A DNA stretch of 64,000 nucleotides, taken from positions 5,941,705-6,005,704 of the forward strand of contig CM082587.2 of the NCBI GenBank assembly GCA_040954595.2, written 5' to 3'. Origin of the DNA: Balanoglossus misakiensis. Its lineage: Eukaryota; Animalia; Hemichordata. Below, one piece after another: positions 39,301 to 53,100 of this stretch (its first letter is position 1; each line of letters starts with the position of its first letter). Made by a program: the position numbers and the translations under genes. The notes below the pieces were generated by a model that saw only the letters and a program-made list of their open reading frames with translations, was not told the DNA's origin and did no database searches.

Positions 39301-40015
39301 TTATCCCACCCGTTACAATTTTTGTCAGCTGCATCGTTCAAGAAAATGTCAAATGAATAACATCTTTAAAGAAACTGTACTCCATACAAAGACCACTTGT
39401 CCAAAATCAATGTCTTCCCGCCCTCGACATGAAAACTATAATTTTCCCCTATCATTTCATATATCATATATCGAGATATAACTTTTCAGCGTTTGTTGCA
39501 AGCTTAGAGAAGGATACAGTTTTGTATTTGATCCTTCATCTGTCAAACCAGTCTGAATAACATCAAGTTTTTTCTCTTGCGAAAAATTTCACTTTTCTAT
39601 AAAACTAGAATGCTTTTTATTAAAATAAACTGAGGGGAGCTCTTCTTTTATAAGGCGAAAACAATTTTTCCCCCAGTAAATAAGACAACGCAAGGAATTT
39701 GCACAAACTTCTGCAGATAATAAAGGTTTTATAGCGTAACATTATTTTGTGTGTATGTGTGTTCCGCATCAATACGTAATTGTTAGCAAGCACCCAAAAA
39801 GCTGTAAGAGTCCCAGGTTACGTACGTGACCTCTGACCTCAAGGCCAGCTACGTACGCGACCTCTGACCTCAAGCGGCGTCTACTGAAAACGTTCATTGC
39901 GAGTCTCTCACAAATAATGTCCTCTAAAGAGATGCACGACCACCGTGAGCTGCAGTCCGATTCGACTCGGCTGTCCACCGGGCGACCGAACCGAAACGAG
40001 AAAAAAAAGACGAAT

Positions 40016-40272
40016 TCATGGCGTCGGGTAGGGGGTGTCGCGAACCTGGATGTTGCAGGCGTGCATAATGGCCTTGAAGAGGAGCGGCATCTGCTCGATG
40101 GGGATGGCCAGCATCTTGCTGGCGGTGTACCGAATCTCGGGAAGACACATCATCAGCTCGCGGAAACGACCGTGGTGGTGGCGACTGCGCGTTTCTGTAA
40201 AGTCTTGGAATGCATACCAGTACTGTTTGTTTATCTGCTCAATAATTTCAGGACTTGTCAGTCCCTCCACAT
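40016..40272 (-). CDS. NR6A1: NR6A1 last coding exon
   Basis: tattttctatcag|AT GTG GAG; 257 nt; ends DTPYPTP-TGA. Confidence 0.95.
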
Positions 40273-41184
40273 CTGATAGAAAATAATAGTATTTGTAAAA
40301 AATTATAAACAAATAAAAAAAAAATGCGCAATTTAAATGATAAACTTTACTAACGTTATAATCAGGCGTCAATTTTTTACAAAAAATTGACGATGATTAA
40401 GTTTGAGAAATAAATAAATAATAAATAAATTATATACACGTTGCGTTACTGGACGAACAGGTAAATTAAACTCACCTGAATTCAGAAAGTTAATGATTTT
40501 CATGCAGACGTATTCTTCGGGGGTCACCTGTATCTGGTGAAACTTGGACGCCAGGACCACCATCCGCTCCATGATCTCCATGCCGTCCTGCGGGAAGTGC
40601 TTCAGCTCCTCCTCGCTGGGCTGGTAGCGCATGGTGACGCGCGACAGCTCGTTGAAGAGCTTGCGGCGGTGGCTGGTGGCGGCCACCAGGATCAGGATCT
40701 CGTGCCAGGTCTTGCTGAGCAGCAGGGTGAAGTCCTTGATGGGCACCTCGCGGAAGAAGGGCAGCCGCTTGACCCACACCGTCTGGTAGAAGAGCATCTG
40801 GTCGGCGAACTTGCACAGCAGCTCGAAGAGTTCGCCGTGCGTGATGGTGTGCCCCTCGGGGAATGTGAACGGCAGCTTCAGCGGCTCCTGCTGCTCGGCG
40901 TACATCAGCTGCTCGATGTGCTGTAGATAGGTGTGCGAGTCCACGCCGTTGTGCGGCGGGTACTCCCCCGCGCTGTCGTAGCGGTTGGCCAAGTCCGAGT
41001 CCGACGTCTCCATCGTGTCCGACTCCATGGAGATGGGGTTGCTGTCCGTCGGGGAGGGCTGCTCCGACAGGCCGTCGCTGCGCGTGGGGCTGATATTCCC
41101 GGAAATGTTTCCCGCGTTGAAGTTCCAGTCTTCCTTCTCAAACTCCTCCCCGCTCATTATCCTCTCGATTTCTTCTGGACTCAA
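40016..41184 (-). CDS. NR6A1: Nuclear receptor NR6A1 (germ cell nuclear factor, GCNF), 5'-partial: join(41184-40476,40272-40016), hinge + LBD
   Basis: LSPEEIERIMSGEEFEKE, ELFELLCKFADQMLFYQTVWVKRLPFF, RYQPSEEELKHF, EEYVCMKIINFLN and FRELMMCLPEIRY...EQMPLLFKAIMHAC closely match vertebrate GCNF (ISEEEIERIMSGQEFEEE...LMMCLPEIRY...EQLPLLFKVVLHSC). The GT-AG intron 40273-40475 is phase 1. Confidence 0.96.
40476..41184 (-). CDS. NR6A1: NR6A1 hinge/LBD exon
   Basis: Strong pyrimidine tract, ttgtag|TTG AGT CCA (phase 0) ... AAT TCA G|gtgag; 709 nt. Confidence 0.95.
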
Positions 41185-44100
41185 CTACAACAAAGAAAAA
41201 AAGAGAGAGAGAAACATTAGTTCAGAATTACTCGCACGTTCAGAACCTTCAAAATCTTACAGGCATATCGCATGCATCAGAGTATTTGTATGCTAGCTGC
41301 AGTGCAGTGTCCAAGTCCATTCTCACAATTTGGTGCAACTTTACTTCTAGTCACATTGCCCAGTAATTAGACATTGATAAAAATAATAGTATAAGGTGCC
41401 TCGTCCATTCTGGAGTCACCTGATTTCACTTTCTTATTAACAGGTGATGTACATTTCCTCTCCTTTTACTCATTGACACATCCCACAAAAGCAACAGGTA
41501 CAGGACCTTTAGCAGCCTAATTAAGCATCATCAAAATTTATCGCGCTTATTAGTTACAAAATTAATCATTTCATCGTAATAAGATCGTATACACCTGTGG
41601 TATTATTCTTCCTGCTGCGACCGTGCCATTTTGCACGTTTTATATAAATACAAGACGCAAAGTTCAATGACCTGATTGTGTAAGTGTGAATGCGGGTGAG
41701 CATCACAGATTACGATAAAATTGGAATTAAAAAATAAAAAACATCACAAAGGAATACAACATCTATTGCAAGAGTTTCAATACACGCGAGTGTGTCTATC
41801 GATGAACGTCTTTTGTTGAAGTTTGCAAAATTTGACTCTTATAGATTTTCCAATAATGATTAAATATCTCTATGCAAGGAAACACATCACCAGGGACATA
41901 TACTATTTTACAATTTATCTTCAGGTCATGGAAGACGACCCAAATATCACAGAAAAAGACAAGTTAATTAAAATTTATACGTTTATATTAAAGGGACCAT
42001 GAAGATTATGATATTATATCAAAGAGTATACATGTGGATTTATGTGCTGTTTTAAGTGTGAAAATTTTGGTTTTCTTACTCCAATAAATTTGGGTTTCCC
42101 GAAGGAGGATATTCTCCGTATAGGGAAACAAAGATCTCGGTGCGCTACAGACCATACACTGTGCATAGATGGGTAGATTCCTTGAGATATAAAGCGCTCT
42201 GCCCTTGGTCATTGAGGATATAACGAACATTGAGAATGAAACAACATTCACGACATACCTCCCAGACGTGTGCCATTGTTAGAGCGTATCCACGACAACA
42301 AATCCAGCAACACTCATTCAAGGCTCGAGAAAAGATGCGAGCATTTGTTTCAGCTGGAGTGGCGGTTGTTTACAAGTATACGAGGAGGAAAGAAATGCTC
42401 GTTCGTGGGCAGGCCCTAGCGCTAATGTGTGCGTTATACGTCACGCTGTCAGTAAACGCCGAATCGTACCGAAATTCATTCATTATGTATATAATCACAG
42501 TCCCGTGAAAGAGACGGCGCATTAACCTTAACAGCATGGATGTCTCGTCACTCCTGAACCTTACCGTGTAATTGTGTTCTCAATTCGAAACCGGTCATAA
42601 TTTTATACTAGCTATAGACTGCAATCGTATCCAAAACATTGCGTTGAATAAAAAAAACGCAAACAACATGAAACTGTATATTCAGTGGAGATGTCTGTTT
42701 CTGTTTTGAGGTTACAGAGGTCACCCACACAGCACGGAGATGGGGAAAAAAAACATAAAATCCATATTGTGCTTATCATTTGCAATCGTCGATCAACATG
42801 CTGTTTGTTTACATGTACTGTTTTTTTCCCGCAAATGCGAATTAAGTTCTCCACCTGGAAACTTCTCGCAAAACAACACTGTTCAAACAACATCTGGGGA
42901 ATAAGATGAAATATCGCAAAAATTAGAAACCGCCCAAATCTAGAGAAATTACAAAGACATGACTCCTTCCGATCGCCAAGAGAAAAACTTGACTGCTTGA
43001 CAAAGACCATGATACATTGTGTTCAACTTTTTTTTCGTATTCAATATTTTCAAATCACAAACAAAAAGGTCAAAGAATGAAAACTGGAGCAAAGCCTTCC
43101 TTCAGTCGATTATTGGATCATAAAAAGGGACTGATACACATAACAATATGGCCATTAAGGCAGTAGCACTTTAAATAGTAGCTGACCATATGTCAACAGT
43201 AACAACTGGGTACATCACACATAGCTGATCATAAACAAAAACAAACAACAACAACAAAAATCACGAAATTTAATATTCAAGATTCATACGCTCAAACTTG
43301 AAATTCATTTACGTGAATTTCCGTCATCAATTGTAAATTTGAAAATATAATGCGCTAATTGAGAATATCCACTTCAAAGGGGCACTTATGGATTTCCAAA
43401 CACCTTTGATAGTGAACGCTCAGTGTACAAAATGGTCCTGAAAAAATAATTTCCACCCAACAAAAGAGGGATTATCAAACACCCAAGGTTTGTCCTTGCC
43501 CCAACGAGTATGACAAATATGAAAAGTCTATCGGCAGCTTTTCAAACACAAGTTAAATTTCAAACTGAGCACACTACAAACACAGTCAGTTCGTCGGGTA
43601 CGGGAAGACATATACAGCTCGCATGCGAAACGCGACCACTATCACAATTTATCACCTAGGAAGGTCAGCCGTGTCATTTTTTATTGCCGTCGGTACTCTT
43701 TAGTCAATCCCGCAAGCCAAGGTCAGATTTTTGTTCTCCCCAGTAAAATGAGGAGAAATTGGTTGCTGGAAACGTAGTAGTTTTCAAAATACCATCCTAA
43801 TATCAGTACGCGTAACCATGGCAAAAGTCGCGAGTTTTATTTCAATCTCAGCCATGATACCCAACAAAGTGTAAATTGGAAGAAATATGACAGTTACAAT
43901 GGTTCTTGTATTCTCTCAATCAGAAAAATTCATTTCAAAGAACTGGGACACCGCCAAATGAAACCAAAACAAAGGCTGGAATGTTTTTGACGCCATCATC
44001 ACGTTTGAATAACATATGACGACAAAAAACGGTTTTAGAAATTTTTTGTATATAAAATTGGTAAACACACTGCATGAAAAAATTCATGTCGACAAAAAAT

Positions 44101-47100
44101 ATTTATTGGCCTCAGCAAAAAATGCCTGTGTAGGGAAAAAATCCTGATCGACACCAAGGCAATAAAGCTACATAGATACGTTCTTTATTGAAATGCACAT
44201 CTCACTTGTACGGTTTTACGAAGTCAATTTAAAAATAGTAATTTCATTTTCAATGTGTTGTTGCTGGCAGATTACAATTTCTCAGATAATTACCCTCCTT
44301 CATGTATGGATGCTTCACCGAGTCTGTTGCGATAAATTATTCGTACAAATTAACCCGAAATTATCAAACCAACGACAACAGCCTAACAGTGTCTCATGTT
44401 TGTCACACCAAAAGACGTGTTCCGTAAAAAAATAATTGTTACCATGAAAGACCTATTTTATACGAGTCAGATTTGGAGAATAGCTGTTTATACGTGAACT
44501 TCAACAGAACAGTTCACGTATCAATTACAACAGAAATGTTGTACGCATGTTTAAATTTTTTACCGAAAGGTACCATCTCTGGGTTTTTTTTTTAAATCAT
44601 ACTTAATTTCTCACATTTCTCAGTGAATATTTACATAGAATAATTCAGCTAGCAAATTTGATTGTAAAAAAAAAAATAGAATTCCCCACAGTTTCAGTAA
44701 CAGCTGGGTTGCAGCCAGTTATTTTTATACTTCATATTGGCAACTACAACCATGTCATGGTTATTTTCTTTATTTAAAAAAACAATATCTACTATCCTCG
44801 CTTGAACTATCCTGGTCGTGTTGACAAATTTACGAGGAAAAAAGAGAAATTCCCCTGAATTCTAATCCAGCTGAATAATGTATATGTTTGTACCGGGTGT
44901 TTACGTACTATTTAACCTGGGGCGGGTTCACTGAACTTTGTGCTCACTCCACTCTATGGGCAAATCTTTTCCAAAACAACCTGTTGTTTTTTTATGTTTT
45001 TTTTCCACACTCAACTGGATTCAAAACAACAAACAAACATGGAATCACGATAATTACAGGTGCTGTTGACGACCGCGACTCTCAATCACCGTGGTGACGG
45101 GCTGATATACGGTGACCCTACAGTGAACCTAGTCGAGATATTTGTATATTTTTTTGGAACTGAGCCAGAACACAAGAACGGCCATTAGACGATTGTTTGG
45201 GGAGATCTGCAGCTCTTTGGCTGAGAAACAAGTAAACAATCTTTTCATCCGCTGAGAAAATGTGATGTAAAACACTTTCAGCTTTTAAAAAACTTACACG
45301 ATAAACACTTGCGAAATTATAACTGCATTTTCTATCCTTTTTTTATACTTTATACATACTTCTTAACGCTGACCAGAAAAGTCCACATTGATGCGATATT
45401 CAATTACTCTAAAATCACAATGAAAGATCGCATTTTTTAAAATATAACAAACGTCGGGTAGAGACCAGCTGCTTAAAATGGGTCACAACAAGACAATGAA
45501 AATTTGCATACATATGCAAATTTTCCTGCATGTCCTATTTTCGCAATTGCCTTCCTGGCATCATCACTGCATATATTTCATTGTTCACTATAGCAGGTCA
45601 AATAATATGTTACTGTTTTTGGATCATTGTGGCAAAAAGCGGGATCTGACACAACAATAAACTGCCTTTTGTTGACTGAAGTTCAGCCGCAAGTCAGCTG
45701 CAGGAAATGCGACGAACTGAATTTTGCCTTTTTCGAGTGACCTCTATATGTATATTAAGACGGCAACCTGCGGTGAATTGGATGAAATAATGATACGACT
45801 GTGCTCAGAGTATCTGTCGGTGTGTGTGCAGTTTCTGCAATGAATAAATTAACCTAACTAATTTCTATAGATATGGGTCAAACGAACGCAAGGTCCTGTC
45901 GGCTTTTTTACGAAGATTTGTGAGTAATAGTGCAGAAATCCATGTTTGTGATGGCCAATCCCCTTATATAGAATACAGACATCTATATCTACTACAAGAG
46001 AAAGAAAGTGTGTGTAAAAGAATGGAAATCAAATGTGCACCTCCTGAAGGAAAATGTGTATGAAATTTGAAATTGATTATAAAACATGATGATGAAATAA
46101 TTTTTGCAACAGAATAACAATTTCATACAAGAATTTATTTTTGTTCCTATTTTACGCCAAAATTTTCCTTACAGATAACACTCTATGAGTGTATTTGTAT
46201 TTCGATTGGTCACACGATAATATATGGGGAAAACATACTCTCCCTGCCTTCAGGTGAGCATTGTGCATTTATTTATTTTGTGTGTGTGCGTTTATTGAAA
46301 CATAAAAAGTGTGATCCCCGCCACACCTTTGTTTTTTTCTGTTTTCTTTTTTGACTCAGTTCCGGGTACTTTGGGGAATAAATGGAATAAATTCCACAAA
46401 TTTTATCGTATCACTGCCCTGCGTAGGCTCAACACAATTTATATGGTTACTGACCCCGGTTTGTTGTCATCTCGCATGCTCATTATTCCGCTGGGGTCAA
46501 AAGGTGAAATTAGCATATTCTGATGCGTAGTCTGACGTCCAATAAGACGTCAGAATTTTTAATGACTTGTTTCAGTCAACGACCTGCGGTCTATTGAGCG
46601 TGCGGGGCTGCTTGTTTACTATAATGAGATCTGCTCCGACAATAGCTAAGGTGTTCACGTCACCGACACGCAGGTTCACTGCAAGCGTAAACATTTTCCT
46701 GATAAATGTTTGTGAAACGCTCGCTGCTTACACTAACGCGCCACCTGGCAACTTCTCTATTTGGAGTGCTTGGCAATATTTTTCTCAGAATTTCAAAATG
46801 CATTTTTTTTTCACAATAAAGCAAAACGTGAGCGATTGTCATCGGCTAGCTGGTACTGGGGAGAGGGGCGAAATTGAAAAATCCAGAGACATTTATTTGA
46901 ATGCAGCAAATAATTTATGTAAACAAGATGGTTGATAGAAATATGGTCAGGAAACTAACAGTGGTCATGTCCGCTCCGCATCATGAGACGGCATTCAAAT
47001 GAATCGCAAGAGTTTGACAAACAGTCAGTTAAACACCTCAAACTTTATGCAATTCCGAAACACTTAAACTTGAAAAAGCAAGAACTGTGTCAACATGCCA

Positions 47101-50100
47101 CAGAAACTCAACCCGGCTGCGTTGATCAAAAGTCAACGTACGTCAGCCAAACGTGAACGAGACCGCTCACCCTAGACCAAAACTAATTTTAGTACGAGGT
47201 CAACAAGTCGAGATTTAGCAAACATGGTACAGACATCTTTCATTTCGAACGTCGAAATGGAATAGCAGCTCTAATATTTGGATCGTTTTTTTCTCTCCAT
47301 AATTATATATGTCTCATTCTTCTCGTCATAAAAGCATGCTGAAATGCCCCATATTCACCTCATTATTGCTTTCACTATATGCATGATGTGTACGGACTTA
47401 ATGTTATTAACACTATCAATGCTGGCAGTGCGTTGACCGACTCGATCGAAAATGCAAGTATGTGTCGTCATACGTAGAGGTGTAAACAAACCACACACAT
47501 CAACATTACCATCACAACTACACATTGTCAACAAAGTCCCACTAAGAAATTTGAATAGCAATATGTAGCAACACGCAAAGTTCAATACACACTGATTCGT
47601 TTAAAAACATACGCTCGTATCATACACCATTCACTTATGTCTGTATTATTAAAAAATATCTCTTTAACACTGAAGGCGACTATAACATACATTTACATGT
47701 GCAAAGGAATACCGATTTTTGTCATCTCCTTTGTCTTTACAAGACAGGCAGGATGACAAGACAATAAAGGCAACAGAAATTGAAATTACGAGCTGTAGAT
47801 TACAAAAAAAATAATTCTACCTGTTAGCCAAGAGTATACCCTGCATATACCGGTATCTGGTTGCAAGAAAGCACGAAATCCAACAAAAAAGCAAAAACTC
47901 AAGGCTCTCGGTCAAGTTCAAAATTAACATGTAAATGACACCATGTTTTCTTTACGGCCCCCTTGAAATTGAATACACGGTTTAGCCTTCTCATTTCTTG
48001 ACAGTTCAGGAGGTTTTTAGTAGTTTTTTGTCAATTTTTACGAAAGCTGTCAACTTTGGAAGGCAGCCTTCGACAGTTGGCTAAATATCGATACATCATG
48101 ATAAATAAATTTCATGTTGAAGTTAATTTTTATGTATTTTGGAAACGCATGGAAATCGGTATAAAAACGCAGAAGTAGCAGAGATACTTGACGGGGCCGA
48201 TGTGGATGGTTGTCATGACAACCTGGTCACATATTCCATTTATCAGCTAGGCAACTGTATGAAGTGCATTTCTGTGTAATGGATCAGTCCTTGCGTGGCT
48301 TGCAATACTCCGAGTGCCTTCATTATCAGTAAGAGTTATATGAAAGGGAAGTCCACGAAGAGGGGGAGGGGGGTGACTTAAGTGTAAATTTATTTGTAGG
48401 GTTGCGGCCGCTGTGTGTAATTTCTATGTACTCAAGTTTTTGTGGTTGGTTGAATTCCGCTAACTGTGAAATACATGTGACAATATTTAACGCCATATAC
48501 CACCAGGAAACTCACAGAATGACTTTTTCCGGCAAGATACAGAGGGCAGTAAACAATGAGCATAAAACAATTTCTTCATGAAAAATGTCTTCAACAGTAA
48601 AAGTTGTCAACATTCCTCAAACGAGTGAATTAACCTGTTTTGAATCGTGAATCTATGCAGGCATTTATAACGCCTTTTCATGTTACTCTCACTCTCATTT
48701 TCATGGAACCACAGTCTGATTATCTCAAATGTCCACTTCAGCTGTCTTTCGAAAAGAGGCAAGGGGCGTGTTCGCGATAATTTGTTGACGCCCGTTAAAA
48801 CAATAACACGGCAGCAACAACTCCATCAATATGTCTCACTGACACACTGAACTTCTGAACCTGCACTGGATGCGATGGCCAATCAGAGAGCGGCAACGGG
48901 TAGGTCATGTGACCACGGGTGCAAGTACACCAGGTCATCGCAACTTTGCCAACTTTCTTTCCTTGGTCACAGCAACTTTATTTGTTTATGCAAATACTTC
49001 AGAAGCTACTAATATTTCTGATGCAATTAAATATTTTTCAGTCAGAGCAATGAGTTCCCATTACGGTTAAGTTTACGTTACGTTGTGATTTTGTATAAAA
49101 TTTCTTATCCACGATAATCATTTACGCTTCTTGGGATGATTTTTCGACTAATTACAAACAGTGCCCTAATTTGCATAATAACAGTGTCTCCTGGACAAGT
49201 ATTTTCATGCAAAGAAGTTTTCAAAGTGTGGTCTGTCGCATTTTTTTCACCAGACGTGTTTCCTATATAGTAGTGTGTCAGCATCTGAAATTACTGAGTT
49301 AAGTACAGTACCAGCATGAAATTGATAATTTTTTTTCTCGTGTTGGAATATGACGACAGATTTGGGAGATTAAACCATTTAAGCAGCATATCAGTGATAG
49401 CAATACGCCCCAAGAGTAATCACACGGAGGAACGTGACTCAAACTTCCTGAATGGCCAGATGACACAGCTCCCCTGATTAACGCACATGCATTTCTCAGA
49501 AATCCACGAAAAGATGTGACAGGTCACGCCGACTGGTTTGAACGATGAGAAAAAATGCGGATATTTACTCTGTCGGCTAATCATCTCTCATTTCATGCCC
49601 ACACCTCTGTAACAATGAACATCGTGGGTGGAAGGGGGGGGGGGACACACACACTCGCATGCATACATGCAAACAGAGTACAGTGCGTCCTTGACTTGAG
49701 AATGACCCCACAGCCACCACGTGGAGTCACATGTCTCGCAGTCATCTCACTTATCAAATATTTGTCATCAAATTCCGCTGTGGACATGATTCTACCAAGT
49801 CGGGGCGGTTTATTGCTGTATTTTTCCCTGATAACTCCGGCTACTTGTGCTGTGTATACAAACCGAAAATAGAATTTACCCCACTACCATGCACTCAACA
49901 GTGAATGCATATCTCAAAAGGGTTTCCTTGTGGCCTTGAATATTTTTTTAAACCAAAAAAAACCTTAGTTTTCAAACCTCGTGTGCTGACTTCTGCTGGC
50001 TTTGTCTTTGGGACTTGTGAGTAAAAAAAACATCAACGTGTTTACGAGAAAACATTTCATGTTATATTACTCAGTAAGTGTTTTCATTAAGGATCTTAGT

Positions 50101-53100
50101 CCCCGCGGGAATGTTTTTTTCTTTCCTCGACGTGGGTGTTTGATCAAAATTGATGTTTTTTTACAGAAAGACAATTGAAGAATCTTATTTGCAATCTTGT
50201 GTGTGTTTGTGTGTGCTTGTCAGGTAGGTTTCAGCTGTTTGTCTCACTGAAACCAACACATGTTGGGAAAGACTATCTGTTTTTTTTCCTGTGTGGGCAC
50301 CTACAGATATGTAACAAAATTAACGAACAAAGTGAATAATACCTGGCGGCGAGAAACGTCACCACTTAGTTTTTTTCTATAAAAGAGCGTCGCAGTCAAT
50401 AATGCTGAAAAAGCAGAATTTCATTCACCGCTTTCCCATGGTGCATTGATTCGATAAAGCAAATTCTAATTAGCAGGCAAGTGCGGTGTACAGTTTTAAA
50501 GACACAACAACAGAAGCCACCCACTCCTGACTGATTCAAACAACTGATTCTCTGAATACTAATGGCAGTGCATATTTGCTCCGACTATTGTATTAAAAGT
50601 CATCCGTGGTAACCATGGTTTCAACAACTATTTCGATGGACTTGCGGTTATATATCTTGTGTGCACCATGACACCCTAAATATCAAAAAAGTGATAAAAC
50701 GACGGCCTCTGATAGCAATCTTAACAGCTGCGTAAAAACAATAACTTTGTCATGAAGTTCATCTCAGATTGTTTCCAGCACTCTTATTTCGAGTCAAAAT
50801 TCATTTCGGCCGACAATTGTTACACTACCCCAGCGCGCCCGCACACGACAGAAACTGCGAACAACTACGTGCGAAAACAATCTGACATTATACGCGTAGA
50901 GTGGGAAAAAATCGCACAAGGGGAAAGATCACGCAAACAGATATCATTCTGGATGAAGCCAGAACAAGACAACCTTTGTGTATAGCGATCTGACCTTTCA
51001 ACTTTGAGGTCACAGGGGCAAAGATCAACTTTTGGTACAGTTAACATGAATAGATGACAGATAACTACACCACCCAATTTTACGCAATCTCCATAATGAG
51101 CATATAAACTTCCTACTCTTTAGTTTATATGATAAAGGCCCTGAAAAGTTCAAAACCAAGTATATTTCTCTGAGTGCGAAATGCAAACTAATAATTCCCT
51201 CAACCGATTATTTTGGACTGGGACATGTCAACAATGGCTGGTGAAGCATGAAAGATAAAAGCAGACAAGAACTGCCAAAGATGGCAGATCCACCTCAAAC
51301 ATGTGCACCTGGGTATTTAATCAAGGTAAAGGCACGAACTATTGAGACAGGTCAGTATGCCAGTCTGAATTTTCCCAGCTCATATTTGGCAAAAGAAAAA
51401 GGCCACAACGGCTAAGTAGTTCGGCACGGTACATGGACTTGTTACTATAAATCCCCTGATTCAACAAAAAGAAGAGTCGCACAAAAGCACTTGCGTAGAA
51501 TGGCAACCGCCGATGTCAAAGGTCACTACACATGGCAATACCACTGATTTATCAGAAATACAACACTATAAGCGCCTCCAGATGCCAAGGAAAAAGGACC
51601 CCTCAGACCTCTAACCTCTATGGGCGCTTCATTCACGCATCATTCATACGGCGTAAAAGAAACGTGCCAGTTTTTCGCAGCGGCAGAGGGCGTTGGTTTC
51701 TCTGTGAACTTATAATATCGTCCGAGTCATAGGTAACGCTTTCTCTGCCATTGGTTAAGTGACTTGGCCGGAAAAATGCCAAAAAAATATTTTCCATCAC
51801 ATTGTCATAACAAGTTCAAGAGCAAATTTGCATATACCCCCCCTGAGTTTGACTTGGGGCCAATCAAATCGACACATATGTACCCGCCATTGACAAAAAG
51901 CGAAAAAACACTGATTAAGGAATTACAGCATGTACTTTCAACCAAACTATAGGAATCATGTCTCAGTTTCACCACAAAACTACAGTTTACCCGTAGGTAT
52001 GATTTCAGCTGTAAACTTCCTTGCACTCGTTTGCTTACCAGCTCGACACAGAAATACATGTTCTCACCAAAACATTATTCTTATAACTTGTGAGTATAAG
52101 ATGATGACATTTCACCGGTTGTTCTAAGAGTCTTTGCTCCTTCATCACAAGTTATTAGAGTCATTAACCGCTGGGAACATTTCTTTGTCAAGATAATTGA
52201 ACCATATATATTTGAACCATCTAATTCCATTTAGGCAAAACTAATGGGTGTGCAGTTGTCATGGTAACAGAGCCAGCTACAGAAGCTCATCAGTTTGGAA
52301 ACTGGCTGGCCGTGAGTTTAAGGCTTGAAGCAATATATAGAACGGAGGGCAAGTATGACGTACTTAGGAAACCACAGAACTGTGGACATTTGCCTGTGAT
52401 TGGCATGTATATAATATACATAAGCCAGAAAATAAAAAGTTCAATCTCAAGAAAGTCACCTAGTGATGGATATATATTGATTGTGCAGAGGAGATCGACT
52501 CAACAGGAACCATGACAACGATGCCCAACTGAAGTGGTCATCATTGAAACGGCCAAAGCACGGAGCGATGGATGGACGGATGGATGGATGAATTAAAAAA
52601 AAAATCTCAAAAGGACATCCACCGGGCTGACCTCTCCTTCACATTTGCTAATACCATTATTACACACTCTGTGTGTACAACACAGGAGGGGTGGTTACGT
52701 AACGGGGAAGGCCATGCGCTCACTTAACAGGCCTGGTGTGATGTCCTCTCCAAGGGCACAGAGCATGGAACGTGACCGCTCGCTTCTCCTCCTCGTCCCA
52801 CGCCTCGCAAAAAAAGAAGAAAAAAAATTCCGCCCTCTCCACCAGCACGTTCTCGCGCACGCAAAGGGTTTTGTTTTCGATAATTAGACAAACGTGCCAC
52901 ATCGCCAGGAGCCAAGCTGGGCAGAAAATTAATTTCACATTGCCCTGCCGTACGGTTACCATGGAAATGCAAAACAACCGACTTGCTAAACACAACCGTT
53001 TTCTTCCCCTCTCCTAGTGCAAGTAAAAACGTGTATGCATTTCAGATCATTTCAGATTTGCTGATCAAGTACATTTTTCATCAGAAAATGTTAAAACGTC

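Noticed and set aside
44490-44521. 11-bp hairpin ATACGTGAACT...AGTTCACGTAT as an intronic miRNA
   Set aside because: Stem is too short for a pre-miRNA.
45540-45570. MMPGR / RKAI peptides resembling the GCNF T-box exon
   Set aside because: The motifs are in different frames and the wrong order, with no splice sites.
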